IMG/VR virus record: IMGVR_UViG_2778261544_000009
DNA: 35,624 nt
DNA from: a virus
Taxonomy: Duplodnaviria > Heunggongvirae > Uroviricota > Caudoviricetes
Strand: one strand, 5' to 3'
Under the pieces are notes generated by a model, which saw only the letters and a program-made list of their open reading frames with translations, was not told the DNA's origin and made no database searches. Both the position numbers and the translations under genes were made by a program. This document shows, in pieces, positions 9,039-18,228 of this stretch (position 1 is its first letter; each line of letters starts with the position of its first letter).

Positions 9039-9634
9039 CCCTTTCAGGCATCGCCTCTGTTCTGCTGAAAGCCGGGCCGGGGCTGATTCGTTCCGTCGGG
9101 CGCTGGTTTGGTGGCAGCACATCTGCCGCCGCTGACTCGGTGGCCGGTATGGTGGAAAGCGTCCGGGAAAGCCTTCCCGTTGCTGAACAGCAACGCATTC
9201 TGGAACAAAAACTGGGGATGCTGTCACCGGAGCAACTGGTGCAACTGGAAACCCTGAAAATTCAGCTGCAACAGCTGGAGGTGGAACGGCAGAAGCTGGT
9301 GCTGGCTGACCAGCAGGCCGCACACCACGAACAGCAGGAAACCATCCGCAATGGTGACAACGCCACGGACAGCTATGTGCGACAGACACGCCCGCTGCTG
9401 GCCCGCCTTTCCTGTTACAGCAGTCTGGCCTATGTGCTGTTGCTCTCCTGCGGCCAGATTGCCGGAGCCATTGCGGGTGCCAGAGGTATCACGCTGCATA
9501 TGCCATCACCGGACTGGGATATCACGCTGATGTTGCTTACCCCGGCGCTGGGCTATCTCGGCGTAAGAACCCTTGACGGCTTTGCCCGTTACAGCAAATC
9601 AAGCCGTCACAAAATGTCTGTGGGGCCGAAATGA
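9026..9634 (+). CDS. Holin-like membrane protein with central coiled coil
   Basis: AAGGGGG RBS; Q/L-rich heptad region followed by C-terminal hydrophobic segments. It resembles the prophage '3TM holin' architecture; family assignment is unverified. Confidence 0.5.
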   Translation: MDPLTLSGIASVLLKAGPGLIRSVGRWFGGSTSAAADSVAGMVESVRESLPVAEQQRILEQKLGMLSPEQLVQLETLKIQLQQLEVERQKLVLADQQAAHHEQQETIRNGDNATDSYVRQTRPLLARLSCYSSLAYVLLLSCGQIAGAIAGARGITLHMPSPDWDITLMLLTPALGYLGVRTLDGFARYSKSSRHKMSVGPK

Positions 9635-9858
9635 CCGACGAAATCGACCGCATCAGTGAAGTGGTTCTGAACGAACGTCAGAGCGTCGTTAACGCCTGGC
9701 AGACGCGGACAAAAGAAGTGCCCCGCAGTCGGGGCTTCTGCAATGACTGCGGGAACGTTATTCCGGCACAGCGCCTTGCGGCGCTGCCGGATGTGGTGAC
9801 CTGTATTGACTGTCAGCAGATGCGGGAACGCAGGAGGAAAACGTGTCCTGGGAAATGA
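9631..9858 (+). CDS. TraR/DksA-family C4 zinc-finger protein
   Basis: 75 aa with CNDCGNVIPAQR...CIDCQ, a four-Cys zinc-finger pattern typical of TraR/DksA-like phage proteins. Confidence 0.7.
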   Translation: MTDEIDRISEVVLNERQSVVNAWQTRTKEVPRSRGFCNDCGNVIPAQRLAALPDVVTCIDCQQMRERRRKTCPGK

Positions 9859-10148
9859 TCAGAGCCAACTGGCCCATTCTGTGGGCATTGCTGATGACAG
9901 GAATAAACCTGCTTCAGCTGATTCTGGCGAAAACCTACGTCAAACGTGAAGAGTTTGATTCACTCCGTTCCCGCGTGTCGGTGATGGAAAGCCAGGTACA
10001 CCATTTACCCGACCGTGATGAGTTCCACCGCCTGCAACTGGATATCAGCAACCTGCGGGGAGAAATCAAAGAACTGGGGCCATCCATCCGCCAGGTATCC
10101 CGCATCAGCGATTTGTTATTAGAGAACGAGTTAAAGGAAAAAAAATAA
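9843..10148 (+). CDS. Small membrane-anchored coiled-coil protein (releasin/spanin-like candidate)
   Basis: N-terminal TM segment WPILWALLMTGINLLQLIL followed by a predicted coiled coil. Confidence 0.5.
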   Translation: MSWEMIRANWPILWALLMTGINLLQLILAKTYVKREEFDSLRSRVSVMESQVHHLPDRDEFHRLQLDISNLRGEIKELGPSIRQVSRISDLLLENELKEKK

Positions 10149-10441
10149 TGGCGATGAAAGAGATCCTCACTGAAGACCGTCGTCTTGTGTTGCTGCGTTC
10201 CCTGCTGGACTGTGGCGACAGCGCGAATGAATCCGTGTTGCAGACCTGCCTTCAGGCCTACGGTCATAAGGTATCCCGTGATGTGGTGCGCACCCAGCTT
10301 GCATGGCTGCGCGAGCAGGGGCTGGTTCGTCTGTCTGATGTGGGCGGCTGTTACGTGGCTGAAATCACCGGCAGCGGTGAGGATGTGGCAAACGGCCTGT
10401 CCAGCGTTCCGGGCGTTAAAAAACCCCGTGCGAGGGACTGA
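10148..10441 (+). CDS. Hypothetical protein (97 aa)
   Basis: ORF in the operon with its start overlapping the upstream stop codon. Confidence 0.5.
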   Translation: MAMKEILTEDRRLVLLRSLLDCGDSANESVLQTCLQAYGHKVSRDVVRTQLAWLREQGLVRLSDVGGCYVAEITGSGEDVANGLSSVPGVKKPRARD

Positions 10442-10443
10442 GC

Positions 10444-10743
10444 ATGGCCCGAAAACTGAAGCCGTTAAGTCGCGGAGAACGGGCCGTCGTGCGGCAACTG
10501 GCGTACTGTCTTGTGCTGGCAGATATCGAGCAAAACGCCATTGTCCGTGCATACGAACAACAGACCGGAAAGCCCTGGAACCCGGATGCACCGGATACCC
10601 CCATGAAACGTGCCCTGCGTTCATCACCGGCATGTGCGCGGCTGTGGAAGCTGCTGGGTAAGGATATCCGCTCCGTTCGCGAAGAAATATACGCCGGTCT
10701 GAAAACACCGGGAACTGAAGACGGGGGCCGTCGTGAACCGTAA
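10444..10743 (+). CDS. Hypothetical protein (99 aa)
   Basis: ORF in the operon. Confidence 0.45.
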   Translation: MARKLKPLSRGERAVVRQLAYCLVLADIEQNAIVRAYEQQTGKPWNPDAPDTPMKRALRSSPACARLWKLLGKDIRSVREEIYAGLKTPGTEDGGRREP

Positions 10744-10880
10744 AAAGAATCCGATAAGTAAAGCGTCCCGTGATGAACTTCGCCGTCTGGCGCACAACCT
10801 GACATGGCGTGAAATCCAGAGTGGCGCGCTGAAATCTGCATACGAAAGTTTACAGCGTAGTGAGCAACAGGAGGGCACTC

Positions 10881-11462
10881 ATGGAAAATGAACAACGCCC
10901 CACCCGTGGCCGTCTTTCCAAAGTGGATTTACTCCCGGACAGCATCCGGGAGCAGTTGCATCAGATGCTGCGGGAAAAGCGGCACACGCAGGAAGAAATC
11001 CGCGAAGCCATCAATGCCCTGATTGATGAACACAACCTGCCGGAAGAGATGCAGTTAAGCCGGACGGGCTTAAACCGCTACGCCATCCGCATGGAAAAAG
11101 TCGGGGCAAAAATCCGCGCCTCCCGCGAAATGGCCGAAGTCTGGGCGGCAAAGCTGGGGTCCGCGCCGACGTCAGACGTCGGCAAGCTGCTGATGGAGTT
11201 TGTAAAAACGCTGGCCTTTGAAACGTCCATGTCGATGGCAGAAGACGACAAACCTGTTGCACCGAAGGCGCTGGGCCAACTGGCGCTGGTTGCCCAGCGT
11301 CTGGAAGCGGCAGCCATGACCAGCCATAAACGCGAGAAAGCGATCCGCGATGCGTTTGCGCAGGAGATGGCAGAGAAAACCGAAGAACTGGTCAGAACGG
11401 GCGGTCTGTCAGGTGGTGCGGCTGACACCATCAAACGTGAAATTCTGGGGATTAGCGCATGA
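10881..11462 (+). CDS. Terminase small-subunit-like protein (Mu gp27 position)
   Basis: AGGAGGG RBS then ATG at 10881 (the track ORF begins at a GTG at 10860); sits immediately upstream of the large terminase. Confidence 0.6.
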   Translation: MENEQRPTRGRLSKVDLLPDSIREQLHQMLREKRHTQEEIREAINALIDEHNLPEEMQLSRTGLNRYAIRMEKVGAKIRASREMAEVWAAKLGSAPTSDVGKLLMEFVKTLAFETSMSMAEDDKPVAPKALGQLALVAQRLEAAAMTSHKREKAIRDAFAQEMAEKTEELVRTGGLSGGAADTIKREILGISA

Positions 11463-12994
11463 CACAGATGAATACATTCAGTGAATACGATGTATTACTG
11501 CCGTATCAGAAACGCTGGGTGGCGGATGATGCCGACCTGAAAATCGCCGAGAAATCCCGCCGTACCGGTTTAACCTGGGCTGAAGCGGCAGATGCGGCAC
11601 TGACGGCATCACTGAAGAAGGAAGACGGCGGGCGCGATCACTTTTATATCGGTTCGAATAAGGAGATGGCCCGCGAATTTATCGACGCCGTGGCAATGTG
11701 GGCGAAAGCGTTTAATGCGGCAGCGGAAGAAATCTGCGAGGAAGTGATCACCGACGAAGACAAGGATATTCTGACGTTCGTCGTGTACTTCGCCAGCGGT
11801 TTTAAGGTCAAGGCACTGTCCAGCAACCCGAGCAACATTCGCGGGATGCAGGGGAATGTCACCATCGACGAGGCCGCGTTCCATGAAAAACTGGACGAGC
11901 TGCTGAAGGCGGTGCTGCCGCTGAAAACATGGGGCGGCAAAATTCGCCTTATTTCCACCCATGACGGCGTGGACAACCTGTTTAACCAGCTGATTCAGGA
12001 AAGCCGTGCGGGCAAAAAAGATTACAGCATTCACACCATCACGCTGGATGACGCCTGCAATGACGGGCTGTACCGGCGTATCTGTCAGGTGCGCGGCATG
12101 GTGTGGTCACCGGAAGCCGAGGCGGAATGGAAAGAAGGCCTGCTGCGAAATACCGCTACCCGCGAAGACGCACTGGAGGAATATTACTGCGTCCCGAAAA
12201 ACGGCGGCGGCACGTATATCCCCCGCTCACTGCGTGAACGTGCGGCCCGTGGCACCGGGAAAGTGTTGCGCTTTACCGGCACACCGGAATTTAACGCACT
12301 GACGGAAAGCCAGCGCCGGGCAGATATCCGGGAATGGCTGGAAACGGTGGTGCGCCCTGAACTGGAAAAACTCCCGAAGAACCTGCGCCACTGTCTGGGG
12401 GAAGACTTTGCGCGTTCGGGTGACCTGACCGTACTGGCCCCTGTGACGGTGAACGATGACACCACCCGCGAGGTGCCGTTCCTGGTTGAGCTTGCCAATG
12501 TGCCGTTTAAACAGCAGGAGCAGGTGCTTTTCTGGCTTTGCGATCGTCTGCCCCGTCGCGACGGCATCAAAATGGATGCGCGGGGGAATGGTCAGTATCT
12601 GGCAGAACAGGCTGCAGAGCGGTACGGCGATGAAGTGGAACAGGTGATGCTGTCCGTGGCGTTTTACCGCGAAAACATGCCCCGTTTCCGTGCGGCGTTT
12701 GAAGATGATGAGTTGATCCTTCCGAAGCATGAAGACGTGATCAATGACCTCGGGGCCATTCAGTTACTGCGTGGCGTTCCCGGCATTGATGATTCACGAA
12801 CCAAAGGCAGCGACGGTCACAAACGTCACGGCGACGCCGCTGTAGCCATTTTCCTGGGCTTCCTTGCCAGCAAGGATGACTGCCACCGTTACGAACTGCA
12901 CCGTCTGAACCGCCCGGCGAAACCAGAAGAACGCAACGCGCGCCGCCAGATGAAGCTGACACGCGGCCTGAAAAATGAGGGAGGTTTACTGTGA
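11459..12994 (+). CDS. Terminase large subunit
   Basis: 511 aa, preceding the portal gene, with acidic ATPase/nuclease-like motifs; Mu gp28-like by position and size. Confidence 0.8.
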   Translation: MTQMNTFSEYDVLLPYQKRWVADDADLKIAEKSRRTGLTWAEAADAALTASLKKEDGGRDHFYIGSNKEMAREFIDAVAMWAKAFNAAAEEICEEVITDEDKDILTFVVYFASGFKVKALSSNPSNIRGMQGNVTIDEAAFHEKLDELLKAVLPLKTWGGKIRLISTHDGVDNLFNQLIQESRAGKKDYSIHTITLDDACNDGLYRRICQVRGMVWSPEAEAEWKEGLLRNTATREDALEEYYCVPKNGGGTYIPRSLRERAARGTGKVLRFTGTPEFNALTESQRRADIREWLETVVRPELEKLPKNLRHCLGEDFARSGDLTVLAPVTVNDDTTREVPFLVELANVPFKQQEQVLFWLCDRLPRRDGIKMDARGNGQYLAEQAAERYGDEVEQVMLSVAFYRENMPRFRAAFEDDELILPKHEDVINDLGAIQLLRGVPGIDDSRTKGSDGHKRHGDAAVAIFLGFLASKDDCHRYELHRLNRPAKPEERNARRQMKLTRGLKNEGGLL

Positions 12995-14562
12995 ACCTGA
13001 AACAACTGGCCGGAGCCGTCCGCCGTCTGCTGAACCAGGCAACCGGTGAGGAAGACACGCTGAAAAAAGAGGCGCTCAACGAAGCACAGGCCCGTCCGCG
13101 TCATGCCGGTGTGCGTTCGGCCTCGCCGGGCATCAGCGTCGCCTCCGGGCTGAATCCCGGCAGGCTGGCAGGCATTCTGCGCAATGCCGCCGACGGCATC
13201 ACGCGTGATTTTTTTATCCTTGCTGAAGAGATGGAAGAACGCGATTTGCATTACGCCTCGGTGCTGCGCACCCGCAAGCTGACGGTGGCGGGTATCGAAC
13301 CGGTGGTGGTGGCCGCCAGTGATGACGATGCTGACGTGCAACTGGCGGACGCCATCCGTGCGCTGATGGAAGCCCCGCAAATCCCTGAGCTGATGTTTGA
13401 TTTGCTCGACGGGCTGGGAAAAGGCGTGGCGGTCTGTGAAATCCTGTGGGACACCCGCAACAACCACTGGATGCCCCGTGATTATGAGTGGGTTGATCCC
13501 CGTTTTCTGAAAGCCGAAAAACCCACGCTGCGCCAGTTCCGCCTGCTGACGGACGATGAACCGGTGGATGGCGTACCGCTGACACCGGGAAAATTCATTG
13601 TTCACCAGCCGCGCCTGAAATCCGGTCTGCCGCTGCGTAACGGTCTGGCCCGTCTGGTGGCGGTGATGTATATGCTGAAATCCTTTACCGTGCGTGACTG
13701 GTGGGCATTTGCGGAAAAGTTCGGCATTCCGGTCACGGTGGGGAAATACGGTCCCAACGCCACGGAGGAGCAAATCCGCGTACTGATTGATGCGATTGCG
13801 TCCATTGCCTCGGATGCCGGGTGTGCCATTCCGCAGTCCATGCAACTGGAGATGCAGGAAACCGCCAGCCGGAATAACGGCGGCGCACTGTTCCGTGAAA
13901 TGGCGGAATGGTGTGATGCGCAAATCAGTAAGGCTGTGCTGGGGCAGACCATGACCACGGATAACGGCAGTTCGCGTTCACAGGCGGACGTGCACAATCA
14001 GGTGCGCATGGACATTGTGCGCTGGGACGCGCGGCAACTGGCTAACACGCTGAATGAATATCTGGTGCGTCCCTATATCGAGGCCAACTACGGGCCACAG
14101 GCGCACTACCCCCGTGTTGTTCTGCGTATCAGTGAAGCAGAAGATCTGAAGGCGCTGACAGATGCTCTGGTGCCGCTGATTGACCGGGGGATGCGGGTTC
14201 AGGAATCAGAGCTGCGGGACCGGTTCGGCCTGGCTGAACCGGACGACGGGGCTGATGTTCTGCATCCGGTGTCCGCCGGGATGCCGGGTGATATGGCGAT
14301 GAACCGCGAGCGCGTCGCCCTGAACCGGGAACACCCCGACGAACTGGCACAGATGGTCGATGATGCCCTGCGTGACTGGCAGAAAACCGGCGAGGCGTTC
14401 ACGAACCCGGTGCTGACACTGGCGCAGGGATGCGACAGTTTTGATGACTTTCTGAAACGCCTGCCTGAGCTTCAGGAAACGCTGAACGCGGACGACTTTG
14501 CCCTGCAACTGGCGGAGGTGTGCTTTAAGGCGCGTGCGCTGGGGGACACTGCTCATGCGTGA
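12991..14562 (+). CDS. Portal protein (Mu gp29/H-like)
   Basis: 523 aa between terminase and the F-like gene; GTG start with GAGGGAGG RBS. Confidence 0.8.
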   Translation: MNLKQLAGAVRRLLNQATGEEDTLKKEALNEAQARPRHAGVRSASPGISVASGLNPGRLAGILRNAADGITRDFFILAEEMEERDLHYASVLRTRKLTVAGIEPVVVAASDDDADVQLADAIRALMEAPQIPELMFDLLDGLGKGVAVCEILWDTRNNHWMPRDYEWVDPRFLKAEKPTLRQFRLLTDDEPVDGVPLTPGKFIVHQPRLKSGLPLRNGLARLVAVMYMLKSFTVRDWWAFAEKFGIPVTVGKYGPNATEEQIRVLIDAIASIASDAGCAIPQSMQLEMQETASRNNGGALFREMAEWCDAQISKAVLGQTMTTDNGSSRSQADVHNQVRMDIVRWDARQLANTLNEYLVRPYIEANYGPQAHYPRVVLRISEAEDLKALTDALVPLIDRGMRVQESELRDRFGLAEPDDGADVLHPVSAGMPGDMAMNRERVALNREHPDELAQMVDDALRDWQKTGEAFTNPVLTLAQGCDSFDDFLKRLPELQETLNADDFALQLAEVCFKARALGDTAHA

Positions 14563-15319
14563 AACCCTCATCCCGAAAGAGGCGCTGGCGTGGCTGAAGG
14601 CGAAGAAGCTGCGCCCCGGTTTTGATTACCGGGATGTGTGGCGGGAAGAACACCGGAACAGCTTCACCGTGGCGAAAATGCTGCAACTGGATTTGTTGTC
14701 GGATGTGAAAGCCCTTGTGGAAGACGCCCTGCAAAGCGGGCAGACGTTCAGTGAGTTCCGGGAGGCGCTGCAACCACTGCTGATAAAACGCGGATGGTGG
14801 GGCATACAGGAGATGGATGATCCGCTGACGGGTGAAACCCGCACCGTGCAACTGGGCAGCGACCGCCGCCTCCGCACGATTTTTGACACCAACATGCGCA
14901 CTGCCCGCGCGGCGGGCCAGTGGGAACGCATTCAACGGACAAAGCGGGCCATGCCGTATCTGATTTACGAGCTGGGGCCATCCCGCGAGCACCGGGCGGA
15001 GCATGTGAAATGGGCGCGTCTGTGTCTGCCGGTAGATCACCCGTTCTGGCAGACACATTTTGCCCCTAACGGCTGGGGCTGCAAATGCACCATTCGTCAG
15101 GTCAGCCGTGGTGAGTATGCGCAACTGGCGGCACAGGGCACCATTCACACCGAAGCGCCGGAAATCAGAACTGTCCGCTGGGTGAACAAACGCACGGGCG
15201 AAGAGGAAGATGTGCCGGAAGGGATTGATCCGGGCTGGAACTACAATCCCGGCATAAACCGTGAGCAGGCGCTGGCGCGCCAGCTGGCGACAAAACAGGC
15301 CCGTTTTGACAGTGAGTAA
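14555..15319 (+). CDS. Head morphogenesis protein (Mu F-like)
   Basis: Follows the portal gene; start taken at the ATG at 14555 that overlaps the portal stop. Confidence 0.7.
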   Translation: MRETLIPKEALAWLKAKKLRPGFDYRDVWREEHRNSFTVAKMLQLDLLSDVKALVEDALQSGQTFSEFREALQPLLIKRGWWGIQEMDDPLTGETRTVQLGSDRRLRTIFDTNMRTARAAGQWERIQRTKRAMPYLIYELGPSREHRAEHVKWARLCLPVDHPFWQTHFAPNGWGCKCTIRQVSRGEYAQLAAQGTIHTEAPEIRTVRWVNKRTGEEEDVPEGIDPGWNYNPGINREQALARQLATKQARFDSE

Positions 15320-15533
15320 CCCTCCCGCCGCAAATCCCCCTGAAACGCATCAGAAACGCGTTTTTTTATTCTGATGGCGTGAATGTGCATTCTGACTTTT
15401 TTGAAGGCGCTGTGGCGTTTTTGAAGGGGTTTTGAAGGGGTATTCTTCCCGTTTTCAGTGAAGCCGGTAAATCCGGCTTTTTTTCTGCCTTCCGCATACT
15501 GACCGTCGGTAACCCCAAACGACGGAGACTGAC
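15320..15533. promoter_or_regulatory. Structured F-I intergenic region: hairpins, 3x TTTTGAAGG direct repeats, terminator-like element
   Basis: Direct repeat GAAACGC twice (15342-15360); inverted repeat CATCAGAA/TTCTGATG (15348-15377); TTTTGAAGG at 15399, 15419 and 15430; hairpin plus T-run at 15460-15484; inverted repeat CCGTCG/CGACGG at 15503-15525. Confidence 0.6.
15460..15484 (+). terminator. Terminator-like hairpin, identical to the one at 7740-7763
   Basis: Same AGCCGG-TAAAT-CCGGCT stem-loop followed by a T-run. Confidence 0.65.
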
Positions 15534-16496
15534 ATGCAACCGGAACTGCTGGCGCTGTGTTTTTCCCTGCCAGAACCCATCACTGAGCTGACACCCGCTC
15601 AACTGCCGGAATGGCTTGAACTCGTTCCTGCGGGTGAGTTCACCGGGCGTGATGGCCGGACGTGGATTAACCGCAATCCGCATGAGGTGGTTGCCCGCTC
15701 GTCCGACATCAAAATTCCGGTGGACATTGAACATGCCACCGAAATTAAAGGCCCGCGTGGTGAAGATGCTCCGGCGTATGGCTGGGTGGAAGAACTGCGG
15801 GTGACGGATGGCGGCACCATTGAAGGCCGTGTTGTCTGGAACGCGTCCGCCCGGTGGGTGCTGAGTGAGCGCCGCTACCGCTATTACAGCCCGGCGTTTT
15901 TCCATGACGCGGAGGGTGTGGTGACGCGCCTGTCCAGCGTCGGGCTGACCAACAAACCTAACCTGGATTTTCCTGCACTGAATACGGAGAAAAACCCGAT
16001 GACAGTACCTGTGCAAATCACCGGCCTGCTTGGGCTGGCTGAATCTGCCACGGTGGACGATACCGTGGCCGCCATTAAACAACTTCAGGAGAACGAACAG
16101 GTGGCGCTGAACCGCGCACAGACACCTGACCTGACGAAGTTTGTGCCGGTTGAAACCCACAATCTGGCACTGAATCGTGCCGAAACCGCAGAACAACGCC
16201 TTCAGCAACTGGAAGAGAAGGAAGCCGAGGCGCTTGTGGATGCGGCCATCGAGGCCGGAAAAGTGGCCCCGGCAAACCGTGACATGTTCCTTGCCACCTG
16301 CCGCACGGAAGAAGGCCGCAAACAGTTTGCGGAGTACACCAGAGGTGCACAGCCGCTGGTGAACAACGACAAGCCCAGCCAGGGCAAGGATAAACCCGCG
16401 CAGACACTGACCGACGCCGAACTGGCGATGTGCCGCAGCATGGGTATTACCGGGGAAGAGTTCCTCGCCGCTAAACCTAAACAGGAGAATAACTGA
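15534..16496 (+). CDS. Head protease/scaffold (Mu I-like)
   Basis: 320 aa immediately upstream of the major head gene; GGAG RBS. Confidence 0.75.
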   Translation: MQPELLALCFSLPEPITELTPAQLPEWLELVPAGEFTGRDGRTWINRNPHEVVARSSDIKIPVDIEHATEIKGPRGEDAPAYGWVEELRVTDGGTIEGRVVWNASARWVLSERRYRYYSPAFFHDAEGVVTRLSSVGLTNKPNLDFPALNTEKNPMTVPVQITGLLGLAESATVDDTVAAIKQLQENEQVALNRAQTPDLTKFVPVETHNLALNRAETAEQRLQQLEEKEAEALVDAAIEAGKVAPANRDMFLATCRTEEGRKQFAEYTRGAQPLVNNDKPSQGKDKPAQTLTDAELAMCRSMGITGEEFLAAKPKQENN

Positions 16497-17398
16497 TGGG
16501 AGCAGTCACTTCCGAAGTCCTTCACGCGCTGACCACCTGTCTGAGCGCCGCTTATACCCGTGGTCTGAGTGGTGTCACCCCACAATGGCAGCGCATCGCC
16601 TCTGAAATCCCGAGTTCGTCCGCCTCCAATACCTACGGCTGGATGAAAGATTTACCGGAGATTAAGGAATGGGTCAGCGCCCGTCAGATGGCAACGCTGG
16701 ACGGTTATGGTTACACCCTTGCGAACAAAACCTGGGAAAGTTCGATCCGCGTTAAACGCGAACACATTGAAGACGATCAGATTGGTCAGTACAGCATTAT
16801 CGCTGAACGCTATGGCCGCCAGACGTCGGAGTTCCCGGACAAGCTGTGTTACCCCCTGCTGTGTGCCGGGTTTAACACCCTGTGTTTTGACGGTCAGAAC
16901 TTCTTTGATGAAGACCACCCGCTGGGCGACGGCACCTACAGCAACGTTGTCGGCACCCCGGCATCAGACCAGGGAGAACCGTGGTTCCTGATTGATGATT
17001 CTCAGGTACTGAAACCCATCATCTGGCAGACGCGACGCGCCTTTAAGTTTGAAGCCCTGGATGATCTGAACAGCGAGCACACCTTCAAGAATAACGAGTT
17101 CCTTTACGGGGTGGACGGTCGCTGCAATGCGGGCTTCGGCTTCTGGCAGACCGCCGTCGGTTCCCGTGCGGCACTGACAGCGGAGAACTACGAGAAGGCC
17201 AGCAATCTGCTGCTGGGTATGAAGGCCACCAACGGTGAACCGCTGGGCATCCGCCCGACCACCCTTGTGGTGGGGCCGAAAAACCGTGCGGCTGCGAAGC
17301 GCATCATTGACGCCATGCTGGTTAACGGCGGCGATTCCAACATCTGGTACAAGGATGTGGACATCGTGGTCAGTCCGTTCATCACCACCCCGGCATAA
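16496..17398 (+). CDS. Major head subunit (Mu T-like)
   Basis: 300 aa; its start overlaps the stop of the upstream gene (TGATG). Confidence 0.8.
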   Translation: MGAVTSEVLHALTTCLSAAYTRGLSGVTPQWQRIASEIPSSSASNTYGWMKDLPEIKEWVSARQMATLDGYGYTLANKTWESSIRVKREHIEDDQIGQYSIIAERYGRQTSEFPDKLCYPLLCAGFNTLCFDGQNFFDEDHPLGDGTYSNVVGTPASDQGEPWFLIDDSQVLKPIIWQTRRAFKFEALDDLNSEHTFKNNEFLYGVDGRCNAGFGFWQTAVGSRAALTAENYEKASNLLLGMKATNGEPLGIRPTTLVVGPKNRAAAKRIIDAMLVNGGDSNIWYKDVDIVVSPFITTPA

Positions 17399-17427
17399 CC
17401 CGTCATCCGTAATCTGTTGTAACCCGC

Positions 17428-17475
17428 AGTTAAAAGGCGCTGTGAATGCCCTTTTAACTGCCTTTTAAAAGGCAG
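17428..17475. repeat. Two overlapping hairpins after the major head gene, including a perfect 18-bp palindrome
   Basis: AGTTAAAAGG...CCTTTTAACT stem at 17428-17459, and the perfect palindrome CTGCCTTTTAAAAGGCAG at 17458-17475 overlapping the RBS of the gene at 17480. Confidence 0.7.
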
Positions 17476-17479
17476 AGTC

Positions 17480-17791
17480 ATGAGTGAAAAAACAGGAACC
17501 AAAGGCGCGAAAGCCGCAAAGAACAGCGCAGCACAGGAAAACCCGGCACCGCTGGCAGACGTTATTGTGGCTGACGGTCAGGCGAATGAACCACGTCCGG
17601 CTGAAGACCCGGTTACTGTACAGGGTGACGCCCCTGTCCGGCTGAACGTCCGGGCCGTGTCTGAAAACGGGTTCTGGCGCTGTGGCCGTTTCTGGTCACA
17701 TGCCGGTGAGGATGTGGCGGTGACCGCTGCGGTTGCCACCCGCCTGATGGCAGAGCCGAATCTGATTGTCCGGGAAGCGGAGAAAGGCTGA
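17480..17791 (+). CDS. Hypothetical head-associated protein
   Basis: 103-aa ORF in the head-gene position. Confidence 0.5.
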   Translation: MSEKTGTKGAKAAKNSAAQENPAPLADVIVADGQANEPRPAEDPVTVQGDAPVRLNVRAVSENGFWRCGRFWSHAGEDVAVTAAVATRLMAEPNLIVREAEKG

Positions 17792-18228
17792 TGGGGTATA
17801 TCACGCAGGAAGACCTGTTACGCGCGGACGGCAATCTTGTCTGGAACATGGCGATTAACCGGGAAACCAACGAACTGGATGAAGACAAAATCCGTCAGGC
17901 CATCAGTGATGCCGAAGCGGAAATTGATTCGTTTCTGTCCCGCCGCTACCAGCTGCCGCTGGGGGTGACGGAAATCCCGCGCCCGCTGCAACGCGTGGCG
18001 GTATCGCTGGCGTTTTACTGGCTATCAGAGCGTGACAATCAAATCACGGAGCTGATCCAGAAACGCTACGACGACGCCATTAAAACCCTGCGTGAGATGG
18101 CGAACGGCACCCGCGACCTGGGCCTGCCGACGTATGCCACCCCGGCAGAAACCGACCACGGGAAAATCATTGTGGTGGGTGCCAACGCCCGGCTGTTCAC
18201 CCGTAACAACCTGAAAGGGGTGCTGTGA
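17791..18228 (+). CDS. Putative head-tail joining/connector protein
   Basis: 145-aa ORF with start/stop overlap to its neighbours. Confidence 0.5.
   Translation: MGYITQEDLLRADGNLVWNMAINRETNELDEDKIRQAISDAEAEIDSFLSRRYQLPLGVTEIPRPLQRVAVSLAFYWLSERDNQITELIQKRYDDAIKTLREMANGTRDLGLPTYATPAETDHGKIIVVGANARLFTRNNLKGVL

Noticed and set aside
9935-10795. 286-aa minus-strand ORF
   Set aside because: It spans four tightly packed plus-strand genes in antisense; the plus-strand genes have RBSs and operon-like overlaps, this ORF does not.
12889-13923. 344-aa minus-strand ORF
   Set aside because: It lies wholly antisense within the portal gene, is Arg/Gly/His-rich with no RBS context, and is best explained as a GC-rich antisense artefact.
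15366-16208. 280-aa minus-strand ORF
   Set aside because: Antisense to the head protease/scaffold gene and the structured intergenic region; low-complexity composition and no plausible start context.
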